A DNA stretch of 64,000 nucleotides from the NCBI GenBank assembly GCA_951406725.2, contig OX597840.1:19344001-19408000 (forward strand). Reading direction: 5' to 3'. This stretch comes from Octopus vulgaris. Its lineage: Eukaryota. Positions within the stretch are counted from its first letter, which is position 1, and each line of letters starts with the position of its first letter. This document shows, in pieces, positions 44,982 through 60,186 of the stretch. Position numbers and translations under genes: made by a program. The notes beneath the pieces were generated by a model. The model was given only the letters and a program-made list of their open reading frames with translations. It did no database searches and was not told the DNA's origin.

Positions 44982-46072
44982 TAAACACGCAGGTACACAC
45001 ACATTTACAGTCTTAAACACCGACCAGTTGCAAGGTCAAACTAAACTTTTAAACAACAAAGGAGGAAATGCAAGCATGCCTTTATACATACATACGTACA
45101 TACACACACACACACACACACACACATGGAGACATACTAACATACGTACATACCTAAATACATTCATAAATACGTTAGCATATACATACATACATACATA
45201 CATACATACATACATTCATACATACATACATACATACATACATACATACATACATACATACATACATACATACATGCAAACATACTAACATTCACATGTA
45301 CATACGCACTAATCTAGATACACACACACACCTATGTACATATATCCAAACACACATACATCTGTACACATATATATATACATACACACATATACATATA
45401 TTCATACATTCATTCACAGTAAACTAAATAGATCATGAGTGTAAAGTAGCAAAGGAAATCACGACATGACAAGCGGGTCACATTTCATCCGTCGTTTTTA
45501 TCCCTGTACCAATCCTATATACATCGCTTTCAAGAAAACGAGAGACCTATAAACAATTTTTACCCAGTGATTCACGAAGTTGTTTTTTAAACAATCACGT
45601 CTTTTGTTTAACTAACCCTCTCCATCGCGCCCGTTTGCTACGATTCAATGCCTCCACCACCGTTTTAGCGTACACGTACACGTAATATCAGACAAGAGTA
45701 ATTTATTTCCGTGTACTATTTTGAGGCGGATCATTACTTATGCAACCAAGACCGTCTTAGGTCTTAGGTCTCAATTCTGATATGTGTATGATGTAGTTTG
45801 CTGTCAATGTAAAATGCCATGGTGCTCAGAACACTGATTTGCCCGGGAACCTATAAAACTGCTAAGACGACCTTGAGCGCAGCACCACCCTACTATAAGA
45901 TAATAATACAAACATAGGCGTAGGCGTGGCTGTGTGGTAAGAAAAATGCTTCCCAACCACACGGTTCCAGGTTCAGTCCCACAGCGGGTCACCTGGGGCA
46001 AGTGTCTTCTACTCTAGCCTCAGGATGACCGAAGTCTTGTGAGTTTGTTAGGCAGAGACTGAAAGAAGCCTG

Positions 46073-46134
<62 letters not shown>

Positions 46135-46473
46135 ATGTATGTATGTATGTATGTATGTATGTATGTATGTATGTATGTATATAAACAACGGCTAATATAT
46201 ACAGTACCTACGTCTGTATTATTCTTTTACTTGTATCAGTCATTCACACCCTAATGGAGCACCGCCTTAAAGGGTATTTTAGTCGAACAAATTGACCCCA
46301 GGACTTATTCTTTGTAAGCTTAGTGCTTATTCTATCGGTTTCTTTTTTTCTGAACCGCTAAGTTACGGGGGCGTAAACACACCAACATCGGTTGTCAAGC
46401 GATGGTGAAGGAACAGACACACACACACAAATATATACACACGCGCACAAATATATATATATATATATATATA

Positions 46474-46831
46474 GGAGCACTCCGTCGGTTACGATCAACG
46501 GAACAGCTTGCTCGTGGAATTAACGTGCAAGTGGCTGAGCACTCCACAGACACGTGTACCCTTAACGTAGTTCTCGGGGAGATTCAGCGTGACACAGAGT
46601 GTGACAAGGCTGGCCCTTTGAAACACAGGTACAACAGAAACAGGAAGAAAGAGTGAGAGAAAGTTGTGGTGAAAGAGTACAGCAGGGTTCACCACCACCC
46701 CCTGCAGAAGCCTCGTGAAGCTTTAGGTATTTTCGCTCAATAAACACTCACAATGCCCGGTCTGGGAATCGAAACCGCGATCCTACGACCGCGAGTCCGC
46801 TGCCCTAACCACTGGGCCATTGCGCCTCCAC
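46474..46831 (-). mobile_element. tRNA-derived SINE family E
   Basis: Reverse complement: tggcccagtggttagggcagcggactcgcggtcg...ggtttcgattccc; inserted in (TA)n. Confidence 0.8.
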
Positions 46832-46964
46832 ATATATATATAATGCTTAGTGGAATTTCATTCGTCTTTACGTTCTGAGTTCAAATTCCACTGAAGTCGA
46901 CTTTGCCCTTTATCCTTTCGGAGTAGATAAAACATGTACTAGTGAAACACTGTTGTCAATATAT

Positions 46965-47190
46965 ATTTCTTTACTACCCACAAGGGGCTAAACACAGAGG
47001 GGACAAACAAGGACAGACAAAGCGATTAAGTCGATTCCATCGACCCCAGTGCGGAACTGGTACTTAATTTATCGACCCCGAAAGGATGAAAGGCAAAGTC
47101 GACCTCGGCGGAATTTGAACTTAGAACGTAACGGCAGACGAAATACGGCTACGCATTTCGCCCAGCATGCTACCGTTTCTGCCAGCTCAT
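46965..47190 (-). mobile_element. SINE A
   Basis: Matches the family consensus. Confidence 0.85.
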
Positions 47191-47448
47191 CGACTTTCCC
47201 TCTCCCGCAAAATCCAGGCCTTATGCCTATAGCAGAAAGGGTTATTATTGTTATTACTAAGGCGGCTCAGCGAAATGCTTAGCCGTATTTCGTCCGTCTT
47301 TACAATCTGAGTTTAAATCCCGCCGAGGCTGATTTTTACCTTTTATCCTTTCGAGTTCGATAAAATAAGTACCGGTTGAGCACTGGTGTTGATGCAACCG
47401 ACTTTGCCCCTTCCCCGAAACTGTTGGCCTTATGCCAAAATTTGAAAC

Positions 47449-47520
<72 letters not shown>

Positions 47521-47849
47521 GACACTCACCATATACACTGATTAGCCTGATAGGAATTGTTTCTGTTTTTAATTCACACCATTATTATTATTATTATTAT
47601 TACTTTTGTTTTCTTCTTTCAAATTTGTTATGTTTGCCGATGTCTTCCGAAAACAGGGCAAAAAAACTCATTATACATTGGTAGGCCATTAAACCAAACT
47701 CAATAGTTCTCACAAGTAAATTAAAATACATGAGCAGCAACAATTCTCACATTATTATTATGATTATTACCCGTTATTATTAATTAATTATTTTGCACTT
47801 CTTGCATGGGTCACACCAGATTTTCATTTACAAGGATGCTAAGTAAACG

Positions 47850-48934
47850 AAAAACAAAAAAATCTTTTACTTGTGTAGTCGTTCTCACAATAACAATGCT
47901 TTTTACGTGACGTTCAATTTTTCCATGGATGTACTCCTACATCATTAACTCAGTCCCTTGTTCATTCCAAGTACTTTGAGATTGTAACTTGATTTTTTTT
48001 CGATTTCGATAAGCAAAATCTTTATATCTTATGAGCTTGTCAAATCCTTTTGCAGAGATATTATGATCATAAGGAATGGTCAAGTCGATCAATAAACATA
48101 CTTTATTGCTTTAGTCTTTCACAATAATATCCGATTTATTAGCTTTGATGGTTCTGTCTGTATGTACTGGGAAGTCGCAAAGAATTCTACATTTTCTCCC
48201 TCAATTACAACTTCAGGGTGGTGCTTATACCGTTTGTCAACAGTTTCGACTTTATAATACCGACACATTAACCAGTGTAGATATTGGCCAACTCTGTCAT
48301 GTCTTGATTCATATCATACACCGCTGGTGTTAAAACTTTACATTCAGGGATTAGGCGGTCCAGTTTCGATCTCATCATTACAGAATCGCCATTTTGGATC
48401 AATTCCATTTTTCATCACATAAGTAAATATGGCATATACGACCTTTACCCATTTTTTTCATTTTCGATCTCATTGTTTATTTACATCCTGGCGTTTCGTA
48501 TACGAAACAGCGAAACAAAAATCAGTTTGGCTATAATTTCTATGGAAAACCTGTAGAGTTGACCTTAACACGTGATTTAAGAGCACTGCAAACACAGAAC
48601 TTGGTATTGACTTATAAAAACGTTCAATATACTTTGTAGTATATTATGATTGCATAACAAAATACTGCGTACCTATAAGCCGTTAATATTTACGTACCAG
48701 CTTCCAGAAGTGTGTTTAGTATGTAAATTGATATATATACGCAGGAATGGCTGTGTGGTAAGTAGCTTGTTTACCAACCACATGGTTCCGGTTTCAGTCC
48801 CACTGCGTGGCACCTTGAGCAAGTGTCTTCTACTATAGCCTCGGGCCGACCAAAGCCTTGTGAGTGGATTTGGTAGACGGAAACTGAAAGAATCCCGTCG
48901 TATATATGTATGTGTATATATGTATGTGTATATA

Positions 48935-49004
<70 letters not shown>

Positions 49005-49670
49005 TGTGTGTGTTTGTGTGTCTGTGTTTGTCCCCCTAGCATTGCTTGACAACCGATGCTGGTGTGTCTGTGTCCCCGTTACTTAACGGTTCGGCAAAAG
49101 AGACCGATAGAATAAGTACTTGGCTTACAAAGAATAAGTCCCGGGGTCGAGTTGCTCGATTAAAGGCGGTGTTCCAGCATGGCCGCAGTCAAATCACTGA
49201 AACAAGTAAAAGAGTAAAGAGTATCCAATAACGTTACACTGTTGTATTTAGTAGCTATTTAAGTAACATGTTCGTGGATGATTAATGATTGCTGATAAAC
49301 AAGCAAAACTCCCAGACTATGGCATATTCTTTGGCATTACCCATTTGTTCATCTTCGATCCCGTGGTTTAGCCTCTCAGATACGAAACAACCTAACAAAA
49401 TCGGTGCTGGCAATAATTTCTAACGATAATCTGTAGAGATGACCGTAACACTTGTTATATGCCTTTATCTCAGATTTTGGGACAGCTCGAATTCTATAAG
49501 TCTTTTTCGTACTTGTTCGCTAAATGCCAGAGCCTTCATTTATTCCTAGGTATTTGTGAGTTTTTGCCTGATCAAGTTGGAGGTCTTCAATTTCCCTTTC
49601 TGGAAAGTTGCCTTGGCGCATTTATCAACACCAAACTCCATCCCGATATCATAACTGAAATGATTTATTA
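47850..49670 (-). mobile_element. Degenerate R4/Dong-like LINE fragments split by a SINE B
   Basis: FSYDIGMEFGVDKCAK (RT, ~49550-49670); RHDRVGQYLHW..HHPEVV..DFPVHTDRTIKANKSDII..CLLIDLTIP (RLE, ~48050-48330). Confidence 0.75.
48740..49220 (+). mobile_element. Composite SINE B
   Basis: Head, (TA)n, 3' module. Confidence 0.88.
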
Positions 49671-49878
49671 CAATTATTATTATCATTATGCAGAGGCAAC
49701 AAGCCTGCTGAACCGTTAGCACGCCGGACAAAACGGTTAGCAACGTTTCGTCTGTCTTTATGTTTTGGGTTTAAATTCCGCCGAGGCCGACTTTGCAGTT
49801 CATTCTTCGGGACTGATAAAATAAATACCGGTTGCACACTGGAGTCGATGTAATCAACTTACCTACTTCTGCGAATAG

Positions 49879-49977
<99 letters not shown>

Positions 49978-50316
49978 ATTATTATTGCAACGACCTGGCA
50001 GAGTCGTTAACGCAGCGGACAAAAGGTTTAGCTGTATTTCGTCCGTCTTTACGTTCTGGGTTCAAATTCCGGCGAAGTCAACTTTGCTTTTTATCCTTTC
50101 GGGATCGATAGAATGAATATCAGTTGAGCACTGGGGTCTCTTTTCTATCGGTGTTTTTTACCGAACCACTAAGTTACCTCACGCGCCTCCTGAATTAATT
50201 TCATGACACCAGCAGCTTTGTCCTGACGTCTGTGATACCCAAATGGCGCTCCTATCACAAAACAGAACTTTTCTGTGTCGATGTTATCATAGCATGCATG
50301 CATATACATAAAAAAA

Positions 50317-50719
50317 CATAGGAGTGGCTGTGTGATAAATAGCTTGTTTACCAACCACATGGTTCCGGGTTCAGTTCCTCTGCGTGGCACCTTGAGCAAG
50401 TGTCTTCTACTATAGCCTCGGGCCGACCAAAGCCTTGTGAGTGGATTTGGTAGACAGAAACTGAAAGAAGCCTGTCGTATATATGTATATATATGTATGT
50501 GTGTGTGTGTTTGTGTGTCTGTGTTTGTCCCCCTAGCATTGCTTGACAAGCGATGCTGGTGTGTTTACGTCCCCGTAACTTTTCAGTTCGGTAAAAGTGA
50601 CCGATAGAATAAGTGCTAGGCTTACAAAGAATAAGTCCTGGGGTCGATTTGCTCGACTAAAGGCGGTGCTCCAGCATGGCCTCAGTCAAATGACTGAAAC
50701 AAGTAAAAGAGTAAAAGAG
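50317..50719 (+). mobile_element. Composite SINE B
   Basis: Head, microsatellite, 3' module. Confidence 0.88.
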
Positions 50720-50769
50720 AAAGTAAACACTTATATATATATACACACAAACTCACACGCGCGCACACA

Positions 50770-50813
<44 letters not shown>

Positions 50814-51174
50814 TGATTTTGTAACAAGCTGTTAAACATCATTCATTTGAAGCTGTTACTGAGTTTTAAAATAAATCCATCAATCACCGAGTAACTGGTT
50901 TGAACTCTCCTCAACCTCTCTGACACTTCGATTTCTCTTCTAAGATTCATAAGTTTGATAAGTAATGTTTTTGTTTGTGTCTATGCAGAACGGGAAGGTG
51001 CATAGGTATCTATCTGGCAGTTGGTATGTGTGTGTGTGTATGTATGTATGTATGTATGTATGTATGTATGTATGTATGTATGTATGTATGTATTTATGTA
51101 AGTATGTATGTATGCATGTATGTATGTACGTACGTACGTACGTACGTATGTATGTATGTATGTATGCATGTATG

Positions 51175-51219
<45 letters not shown>

Positions 51220-51456
51220 AGATACATATATATATGTATGTATATATATGTAAGTATTATGTATATATATATATATATGTGTGTGTGTGTATACACATAT
51301 ATATATGCGTGTATGTGTGTGTGTATGTATGTATGTATTTGTGTTTATATATATACATATATAATATATATATAATATATATATGTATTTATACATATAA
51401 TATGTATATATATACTATATCTTTATGTGTGTGTATAAATATATATATATAAATAA

Positions 51457-51491
<35 letters not shown>

Positions 51492-52056
51492 CATATATAT
51501 ATAGACCTACAAAAATACAGATATCCATACATATAAATATATTTATTTTTACATACACACACACACATAATGTGTGTGTGTGTAGTCTTTTAAAACCACG
51601 TGTATTTTGAGATGCTAATTGAGTATTTCTCTTTTTCTATTTTGTATGTATTTGAGCAAATTGCCAAGTAAAAATCTGATCTTGAAGTCATATATTTTCT
51701 GTTAATCTTGTGTGATTTGTAGAAAAGGATGTTCTCAATTTAAAAGTTTCCTTTTAAGCTTCCCCTTTGCTCAAAGAATAATCATTTGGTAAGTTGGGTT
51801 CTGGGGTTGATACAGTTACATTTAGGAACTTACTCGCTAGCTTTCATTTAGTTCAGAGAATCATATCTCAGTGTATTGTTTAGCCTACGTAGGGAAATTT
51901 TTACAATAAGCGTGAGTGGCTGACCTTCATGGTGTTCCTATTAAATACTTTATAATATTAATTACTGGTAGGGACATCGAATTCCATTACGCAACTACGT
52001 ATTCGTATCCGAAACGTTGTAACTTTTAATGCTGGCACTAATTTCTACTTAAAATC

Positions 52057-52160
52057 TGCGTGGCATCTTGGGCAAGTGTCTTCTGCTATAGCCCCGGGCC
52101 GACCAATGCCTTGTGAGTGGATTTGGTAGACGGAAACTGAAAGAAGCCTGTCGTATATAT

Positions 52161-52194
<34 letters not shown>

Positions 52195-52400
52195 TTGTGT
52201 GTCTATGTTTGTCCCCCTAGCATTGCTTGACAACCAATGCTGGTGTGTTTACGTCCCCGTCACTTAGCGGTTCGGCAAAAAGAGACCGATAGAATAAGTA
52301 CTGGGCTTACAAAGAATAAGTCCCGGGGTCGATTTGCTCGACTAAAGGCGGTGCTCCAGCATGGCCGCAGTCAAATGACTGAAACAGGTAAAAAGAGAAA
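52057..52400 (+). mobile_element. 5'-truncated composite SINE B
   Basis: Starts within the head at ctgcgtggcatcttgggcaag. Confidence 0.85.
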
Positions 52401-52511
52401 AAAAGAGAAAGAGATTACCTTAATTAGTTTATTATGTGCATACTCCAGGCTGGATATTTGAACATGTGGTGGTTATTCTGGTTCTTTGCGTTCTTAGATC
52501 GAATCCTTTCA

Positions 52512-52547
<36 letters not shown>

Positions 52548-52931
52548 ACCTACCTACCTACCTACATACCTCTCTATCTCTCCATCTACCTACCCACCTA
52601 AGTATTTATCAATCTCATCCTTCTCTCATCTTTCTGATCCTTCTCTCCCTCCCGTTAAATATATATATGATATGTATGTATATACATCCGTCACCATGTC
52701 AATGCATGTGTGCACGCGCGTGTGTGGTGAGTTGTTGCATATATGCAAGTGGAAGTTTGTTTAAAAATCGACAAAGAAAAGCACAGTATGAATGTAGAAG
52801 AGTTTATTTGCTCGTCCTTGACTGGGTAAACTTGCGACCTGCCGACCGTGGCCATCCCGTCTTTTAATATATTTGTGTCTGCGTGAGTGTCTGCATGCTC
52901 GCGTGCATGCAAGTTTGTGTATGTAGGCGTG

Positions 52932-52967
<36 letters not shown>

Positions 52968-53595
52968 AAGCGTGTGTGTGTGTGTGTGCGCGCGTGTAAG
53001 CGTGTGTGTGTGCGCGTTTAAGCGTGTGTGTGTGTATTTGTGTGCATTTGTGTATGCGAGCGTGTGTGCGTGCGTATATGTGTCTCTCTATTTTTGTGTT
53101 TGTGCGTGCTTGTGTCTATATATGTGTATGTATGTGTACGTGCGTGTGTGTGTGCGCGCGCGCATGTGTGTGTGTACGTGCGTGTATGCGTATGTATGCT
53201 TATGTGTATTTGTATGTGTGTGTGTGTGTGTGTGCGCGTGCTTGTGTATATGTGTACGTGCACGTATGTGCATGTGTGTATGTAGGCTTGTGAGTGTGTA
53301 CATATATCTATCTCTGTACGTTATTATTTTTTTAAAGATTGTAGTAGTGGGGCTATCTGAATGAGATTTGACTGTTATTTCTAACACACGTAGATACCTT
53401 GTACAGAACATGTGAAGTTTCTCTCTTAGGGTTGTGTAAATTTGGAGAACTGTTACATGAGTGAAAAAAAACCCCAAAAATGAAAGGCTTTCCAAGGGAG
53501 ACAATTCTTAGTAAAAGTACAAGAGTTATCTACCTTGTAATGATCAACTTTCTTTGAATTAATACATAATTTTTGATTACGTGATCGGATTTGAT

Positions 53596-54009
53596 GCGGC
53601 GAGCTGGCAGAAGCGTTAGCACGTCGGGCGAAATGCTTAGCGGATTTCGTCTGCCGTTGCGTTCTGAGTTCATATTCCTCCGAGGTCGAATTTGCCTTTT
53701 ATTCTTTCGGGTTCGATTAAATAAGTACCAGTTACGCATTGGAGTCGATATAATCGACTTAATCCGTTTGTCTGTCCTTGTTTGTCCTCTCTGTGTTTAG
53801 CCCCTTGTGGGTTGTAAAGAAATAGGTATTTCGTCTGCCGTTACGTTGTGAGTTCAAATTCCGCCGAGGCCGACTTTGCCTTTCATCCTTTCGGGGTCAA
53901 TTAAATAAGTACCAGTTACGCACTGGGGTCGATATAATCGACTTAATCCGTTTGTCTGTCCTTGTTTGTCCCCTCTGTGTTTAGCCCCTTGTGGGTAGTA
54001 AAGAAATAG
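53596..54009 (+). mobile_element. SINE A with duplicated body
   Basis: Head + two bodies; ggatttga on both flanks. Confidence 0.88.
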
Positions 54010-54174
54010 GATTTGAAGCTCCCTGGAAGTCGATATGTTGTCCCCATCCATACTGGTTAAGGATCCTCTATTAAGCTGGCCCTTAATGCCATAACAACTA
54101 TATATCTGAGAAAGACTATGCTGCTAAACCGTTCTTGCGAACTTCAGTTCCAAGCCAACTGCTTGCTTTTCGTC

Positions 54175-54320
54175 CCAGCAGATTGCCAATATTCGATCTG
54201 CGGCAGAGTATTCCGAGCACGCATCGGACTGATTGACCTAGCCGGACACACCGGAGCCTTTCTTCTTCCCCCAAGGGATGTTTTTGGTCATTGTCGACAA
54301 CGACGGATTAACTGATGATA
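54175..54320 (+). mobile_element. RTE LINE extreme 3' fragment
   Basis: SICGRVFRARIGLI and terminal hairpin gtcattgtcgacaacgac followed by gatgat. Confidence 0.6.
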
Positions 54321-54904
54321 AAGATAATGTTTCAGTTACAAGTGGAAGATAGTTTAGCCTCGACTACTGGCTAAAACTATGACCCCCTACTTAAAGAACA
54401 ATAATAGATTTGCTATAGTGCCACCTGGATTTCTAGAAACAAACGTCAAATTTGGGCTACAGCCTAACAAAAGGTGGAAAACATAGTACAAATGTAATTA
54501 CGGAAAATCGTACGAGAAATATATTCGCTAGAAAGAGTAACCTCATCGCCTATCAGCTAAAACAAATTGAAGGACAGTAACTTGGTCTCTAAGATCATAC
54601 ATACAAGCCAAATGACAGTAATTGCCGAAAATCTTATGGCAGATATTTCGTATTTGGATTCGGTTTGCAAGATTCTTTATATGAGTTCGTGTGTTGAAGC
54701 ATATTCTGTTGTGTCTGGGGAGAGTCCTTTTCTTTTTATGCCTTATAATGTAACACACTCACAGGTAAAATTTCCACGTTTTTTATTTTTATTTTTCTGG
54801 TCCTAAAATTTTCGTTGTGTCTTGCAAACCCGCTCGAAATAGCAGTCTCATCACCCGTATATCAAAGACTACCATCCCAGAAATTGAAAGGCATTAAACT
54901 GGGT

Positions 54905-55103
54905 TTACTTGTTTCAGTCATTTGACTGCGGCCATGCTGGAGCACCGCCTTTAGTCGAGCAAATCGACTTATTCTATCGGTTCTCTATTGCCGAACCGCT
55001 AAGTTACGGGGACTTAAACACACCAGCATCGGTTGTCAAGCGATGTTGGGGTGGGGGGAGACAAACACAGACACACGAACATATGCACACACACACACAC
55101 ATG

Positions 55104-55152
<49 letters not shown>

Positions 55153-55284
55153 CAGGTTTCTTTCAGTTTCCGTCTACCGAATCCATTCACAAGGCTTTGG
55201 TCGGCCCGAGGCTATAGTAGAAGACACTTGCCCAAGGTGCTACACTGAACCCGGAACCATGTGGTTGGTAAGCGAGCTACTTAC
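54905..55284 (-). mobile_element. Composite SINE B
   Basis: 3' module, microsatellite, head. Confidence 0.8.
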
Positions 55285-56526
55285 CTAATATCGATTTCAA
55301 ATTTTGGCACAATGCCATTAATTTCGGGAGAAGGGTAGGTCGACCCCAGTGCTCAACTAGAACTTATTTTATTGACTCCAAAAGTATAAAAGGCAAAGAA
55401 TTGTGGAATTTGAGTTCTAAACGTAAAAGACAGTCGAAATGCCGCTGAGTATTTTGCCCGGTGTGTTAAAGATTCTGCCAGCTGGCCGCCTTAAACTTGG
55501 CCCTAATAGCACAAGTGCCTAACTAAGGATCTTTGCATTGTACAACAGTAATTATGGAAACTTTTACGACAGATAGACCCGTTAGAAAACGTTGCCTTAT
55601 CGCCCTTATATCAAAGATCACCGTCTTAAAAATTGAAAGATATTAAACTGGACCCTAATATCACATGAGCCTAACTAAGGGTCTATGCATTGTACAACAG
55701 TAATTATGGAAACCTTATGATGGAGTTGCTAAAAATAGCAGCTATATCTGTCTTATATCACTGCCTAGCATCTTAAAAATTGAAAGATCCATTGCAAAGT
55801 GTATCTTCGAGAAATTTGCAAAGGAGAACCAGGTAGCTTTCGAACCCCCGTTGGGAAAATAGGATAGGTGCAGCTTGTACTGTCAGAAATTTATGTGACC
55901 CCTTTTCTTGAATCTTCAGGACTCTCCTTAGGCCTCAAGCCCCGAAACTACTAGCCAGATCACCCCTTCTTCCACTCTCTCTTACAAGCCCTGACCTTCC
56001 TCTAATGTAGTCCTAGATATAATACGTATGCAATAAAAAAAAAGACAAGATGGTCATAACAAAAGCGCTTTTGATCATTGGTCAATTCGAATAAGCCAGA
56101 CCTGTGGCTAAAACAATGACCCCCTACTTAAAGAACAATAATAGATTTGCTATAGTGCCACCTGGATTTCTAGAAATAAACGTCAAATTTGGGGCTTGCT
56201 GATGAGTCTGTCACTAGCTTCCGGTACGTTAAACCGATGCTTATCTAGGGTACTATGATATTAGGGGTAATGATAGTATAGTGCCTCTGACTCGATTTAA
56301 TGCGACCCTAAACCTTTCATCACATGCATGACCGTATAGGCACAGGCTGTGTGGTTTAGAAGCTCGCTTTGCAACCACATGATTTCGGGTTCAGTCCCAC
56401 TTCACGGCACTTTGGACAACTGTCTTCTTCTATTGCCTCCGGCCAATTTATACCTTGATAGAAAGAAACTGTGGAAGACTGTCATAGAAACACGAAGCGG
56501 ATGAAGCTATAACAGCATGCAAATAT

Positions 56527-57111
56527 TGGTTTCTAATTTTGGCACAAGGCCTGGAATTTGGTGGGTAGGGGGTTAGTCGATCACATCGACCCCAGTGTTC
56601 AATTGATACTTATTTTATCGACATCTAAAACAAAAGTTAAAGGCAAAGTCGGCTCCGGTGGAATTTGAACTCAGAACGTGATGACGGACCAAATGTCTAT
56701 TTCTTTACTACCCACAAGGGGCTAAACACAGAGAGGACAACCAAGGGCAGACAAACGGATTAAGTCGATTATATCGACCCCAGGACGTAACTGGTACTTA
56801 TTTAATCGACCCCGAAAGGATGAAAGGCAAAGTCGACCTCGGCGGAATTTGAACTCAGAACGTAGCGGAAGAGGAAATACCTATTTCTTTATTACCCACA
56901 AGGGGCTAAACATAGAGACGACAAACAAGGACAGACAAACGGATTAAGTCGATTATATCGACCCCAGTGCGTAATTGGTACTTAATTTATCGACCTAAAA
57001 GGATGAAAGGCAAAGTCGACCTCGGCGGAATTTGAACTCAGAACGTAAAGGCAGTCGAAATACCACTAAGCATTCCGTCCGGCGTGCTAACGTTTCTGTC
57101 AGCTCGCCGCC
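56527..57111 (-). mobile_element. SINE A multimer (two A bodies joined to an A2-tail unit)
   Basis: Three consecutive core repeats. Confidence 0.8.
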
Positions 57112-57473
57112 TTATATATTTTAAAATGTCTAACTTATTTCAATCATTAGACTGCGGCCATGCTGGGGCACCGTTTCAAATTTTGGCACAAGGCCAGCAA
57201 CTTTGGAAAAAGGGAGAAGCCGATTATATGGACCCCAGTGTTCTTGTTTTATCATCCTTCAAAAAGATGTAAAGTCGGCCCCAGTGAAATTTCAGCTCAG
57301 AACATACAGACGGACGAAACGCCGCTAAGCATTTCCCCGGGGTGCTCACGATTCTGCCAGCTCACTGCCATATATATGTTTCTATATATTGGTTTCTAAT
57401 TTTGGCACAAGGCCAGCAATTTCGGAAGGGGAGCTAAGTCGATTACATCGACACGCCGCCCAGTGCACAACTG

Positions 57474-57702
57474 GGCGAGCTGGCAGAAACGTTAGCACGC
57501 CGAGCGAAATGCGTAGCCGTATTTCGTCTGCCGTTACGTTCTGAGTTCAAGTTCCGCCGAGATCGACTTTGCCTTTTATCTTTTCAGAGTCGATTAAATA
57601 AGTACCAGTTACGCACTGCAGTCGATCTAGTCTACTTAATCCGTTTGTCTGTCCTTGTTTGTCCTCTCTGTGTTTGGCCCCTTGTGGGTAGTAAAGAAAT
57701 AG
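57474..57702 (+). mobile_element. SINE A nested in an older minus-strand A2 copy
   Basis: Full head and body inside 57391-57836. Confidence 0.8.
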
Positions 57703-58945
57703 ATATTTAATCTATCGATCCCAAAAAGAGGAAAGGCAAAACCAACCTCGTCAAAATTTGAACTTAGAGCATAAAGACAGAAGAAATGTCGCTAAGCATT
57801 TTGTCCGGCATGCTAACGACTCTGCTAGGTCGCCACCATAGCTTGTAAATATTAGGTTAAAAAATTCTTTGGATTTTGGTTTCGATTCTTGGGCCGGACG
57901 ACATGCGGTGTCCTTTGAATAAAACACTTCGTTTCACGTTGCTCCAATCCACTCAGCTGGTAAAAGTGAGCAATCCTGCGACTTTGAGCCTTTTCCATGT
58001 GTATATGTGTGTGTGTATTTATATGTATGCGTGTCGTTGTGGTTGTTCCCACCACCAACACCACCACCACGACCGTTTGACAACCGGTGTTGGTTTGGTG
58101 AGATCCTCAAAGATTACCAGCGCAATAAAGCAGAGCGATACTTTAAGCACCAGACTTTCAGAAATAAAAAGTATTGGTGTCACTTTCTTCGACTAAAGTT
58201 TAGTGACGAAACCCTTGAAGGCGGTGCTCCAGCAGGGCAACAGGTACAAGATAAGTTAAGATAGGCGTTAAAATTTAAAATTCATGGTAGATAACTCTTG
58301 CTATTTTCTTTACAATTACTTCCCCTGAAATTTTTTAATTCTTTTTGTCATACTCTCTGTATTTGGTCTTTTTTTTTTACTAGTTTCAGTCATTAAACTG
58401 CGGCCATACTGGGGCACTACCTTGATAACTATTTAGTCCAGTGGATCTACCCCAGTATTTCTCTTTTTAATCCTATCTATCGTATTTTTTGCCGAACTGC
58501 TAAGTTACGAAGAGGTAAACACACTAACACCGGTTGTAAAGAAGGGATGTGACACGCACATATACATATATACGACGAGCTTCTTTCAGTTTCCGTCTAA
58601 CAAATCCACTCACAGGGCTTTAGTCAACTCGTGGTTATAGTAGAAGTTACTTACCCAAGGTGCTACGCAATGGGACTGAACCCGGAACCATATGGCTGGA
58701 AAGCAAGCGTCTTACCACACAGCCACACCGGCACCAGAGGTAAAGAATTACATTTATCTTCGGCTTTAGAATCTGACGAAACGACAGTGAGTCTAAGGCC
58801 TCTGTGGATGCGAAACCATTAATCACTTTATGACCAGACATAACTTTTAATACACACACACACACATAAAGATACAGAGAGAGTTGTTACGTATCCGCTG
58901 TATGTATTTAGAACATATGTAAGGTGTGTGTGTGAGTATGAGACT

Positions 58946-58982
<37 letters not shown>

Positions 58983-60186
58983 TGTGTGTGTGTGTGTGTG
59001 AGACTGTGTATGTGTGTGTGTGTTTTTGTGTGTTTGTGTGTGTGTGTGTGAGTGTGAGTGCGTGTGTGTGTGTGTGAGAGTGTGTGTGCTTGTGTGAGTG
59101 TGTGTGTGTGTATGTGTGTGAGACTGTGTGTGTATGTGTATGTGTGTTTTTGTGTGTGTGTGTGTGTCTGTGTGTGTGCGCGAGTGTGTGTGTGTTTTTG
59201 TGTGTTTGTGTGTGTGTGTGAGTGTGTGTGTGTGTGTGTGCTTGTGTTTGTGTGTGTGTGAGTGTGTGTGTGTGCGTGTTTTTGTGTGTATGTGTACATA
59301 CAAGGGCTTCTATTCGTTTCCCGTCTTCCCAAATTCACTCAAAACGTATGGAACTAAATCAAGGCTCTCCTGCAAGACTCATGTCCAAGAGATCACACAG
59401 TGTGATCGAACCCGATACCTCGTAGTTGCGATGCGTGCTTCCTAACCGTTTGACTATGATATATCTATGTCATTTAGTAAATGACAGCTATTCACCATCC
59501 AAGACCACCACTACCATCATCATCATTACCACCGCCATGCCCACCACCACTGTTATTATCACCACCAACAAATACCACCATTATCGTAGTCGTCATCACC
59601 ACCACCATTACTACCATCACTACCACCACCACCGTCATCATTATCATTGTCATCACCCCACCACTGTTATCACCTCGAAGACTACCACCCACAACTGTCA
59701 CCATCACCACTACCACCATCATCACCACCAACACCAAAACCAACATCACCACCACCGCCACCACAACGGATTTAGCCGCCCCTGCCATCCTCTGGTCCTG
59801 TCAAACCAGTAGAGGCCACGATAGCCTTTGACGTCACAGCGCCATCTACAAACATCCTACTCGACCCTCAAATGTTTACTCAACCTCCAGCAGCACGAGT
59901 CAACAATGGAGCGGCTTATGTGGATACGGGACCGGGTAGAAATAGCAGCCAAAATATCCTTCAAATCGAAACCCACCGCTAATGGCATAGCTTGAGTATG
60001 CGCTGCCTGGGGCAGCCTTTGAATTTGCTGATCCCCTCCCGCGGCCCCTCGGTTGAGAAAAAGTAACTTTTCATGCAACACAAGATGGGTCTGGAGGTGA
60101 CAGGAGGCATGTTTTCAAGTGAAACGATGTAGACTTTCAGGTGCCACTAGGAGGATTTTCAGGTGACACGAGGCAGGTGTTGAAGT

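Noticed and set aside
46760-46831. tRNA-like sequence
   Set aside because: It is the head of a SINE; no complete acceptor stem and it continues into the SINE body
56195-56240. CTGATGAG motif
   Set aside because: No downstream stem II-GAAA; chance match
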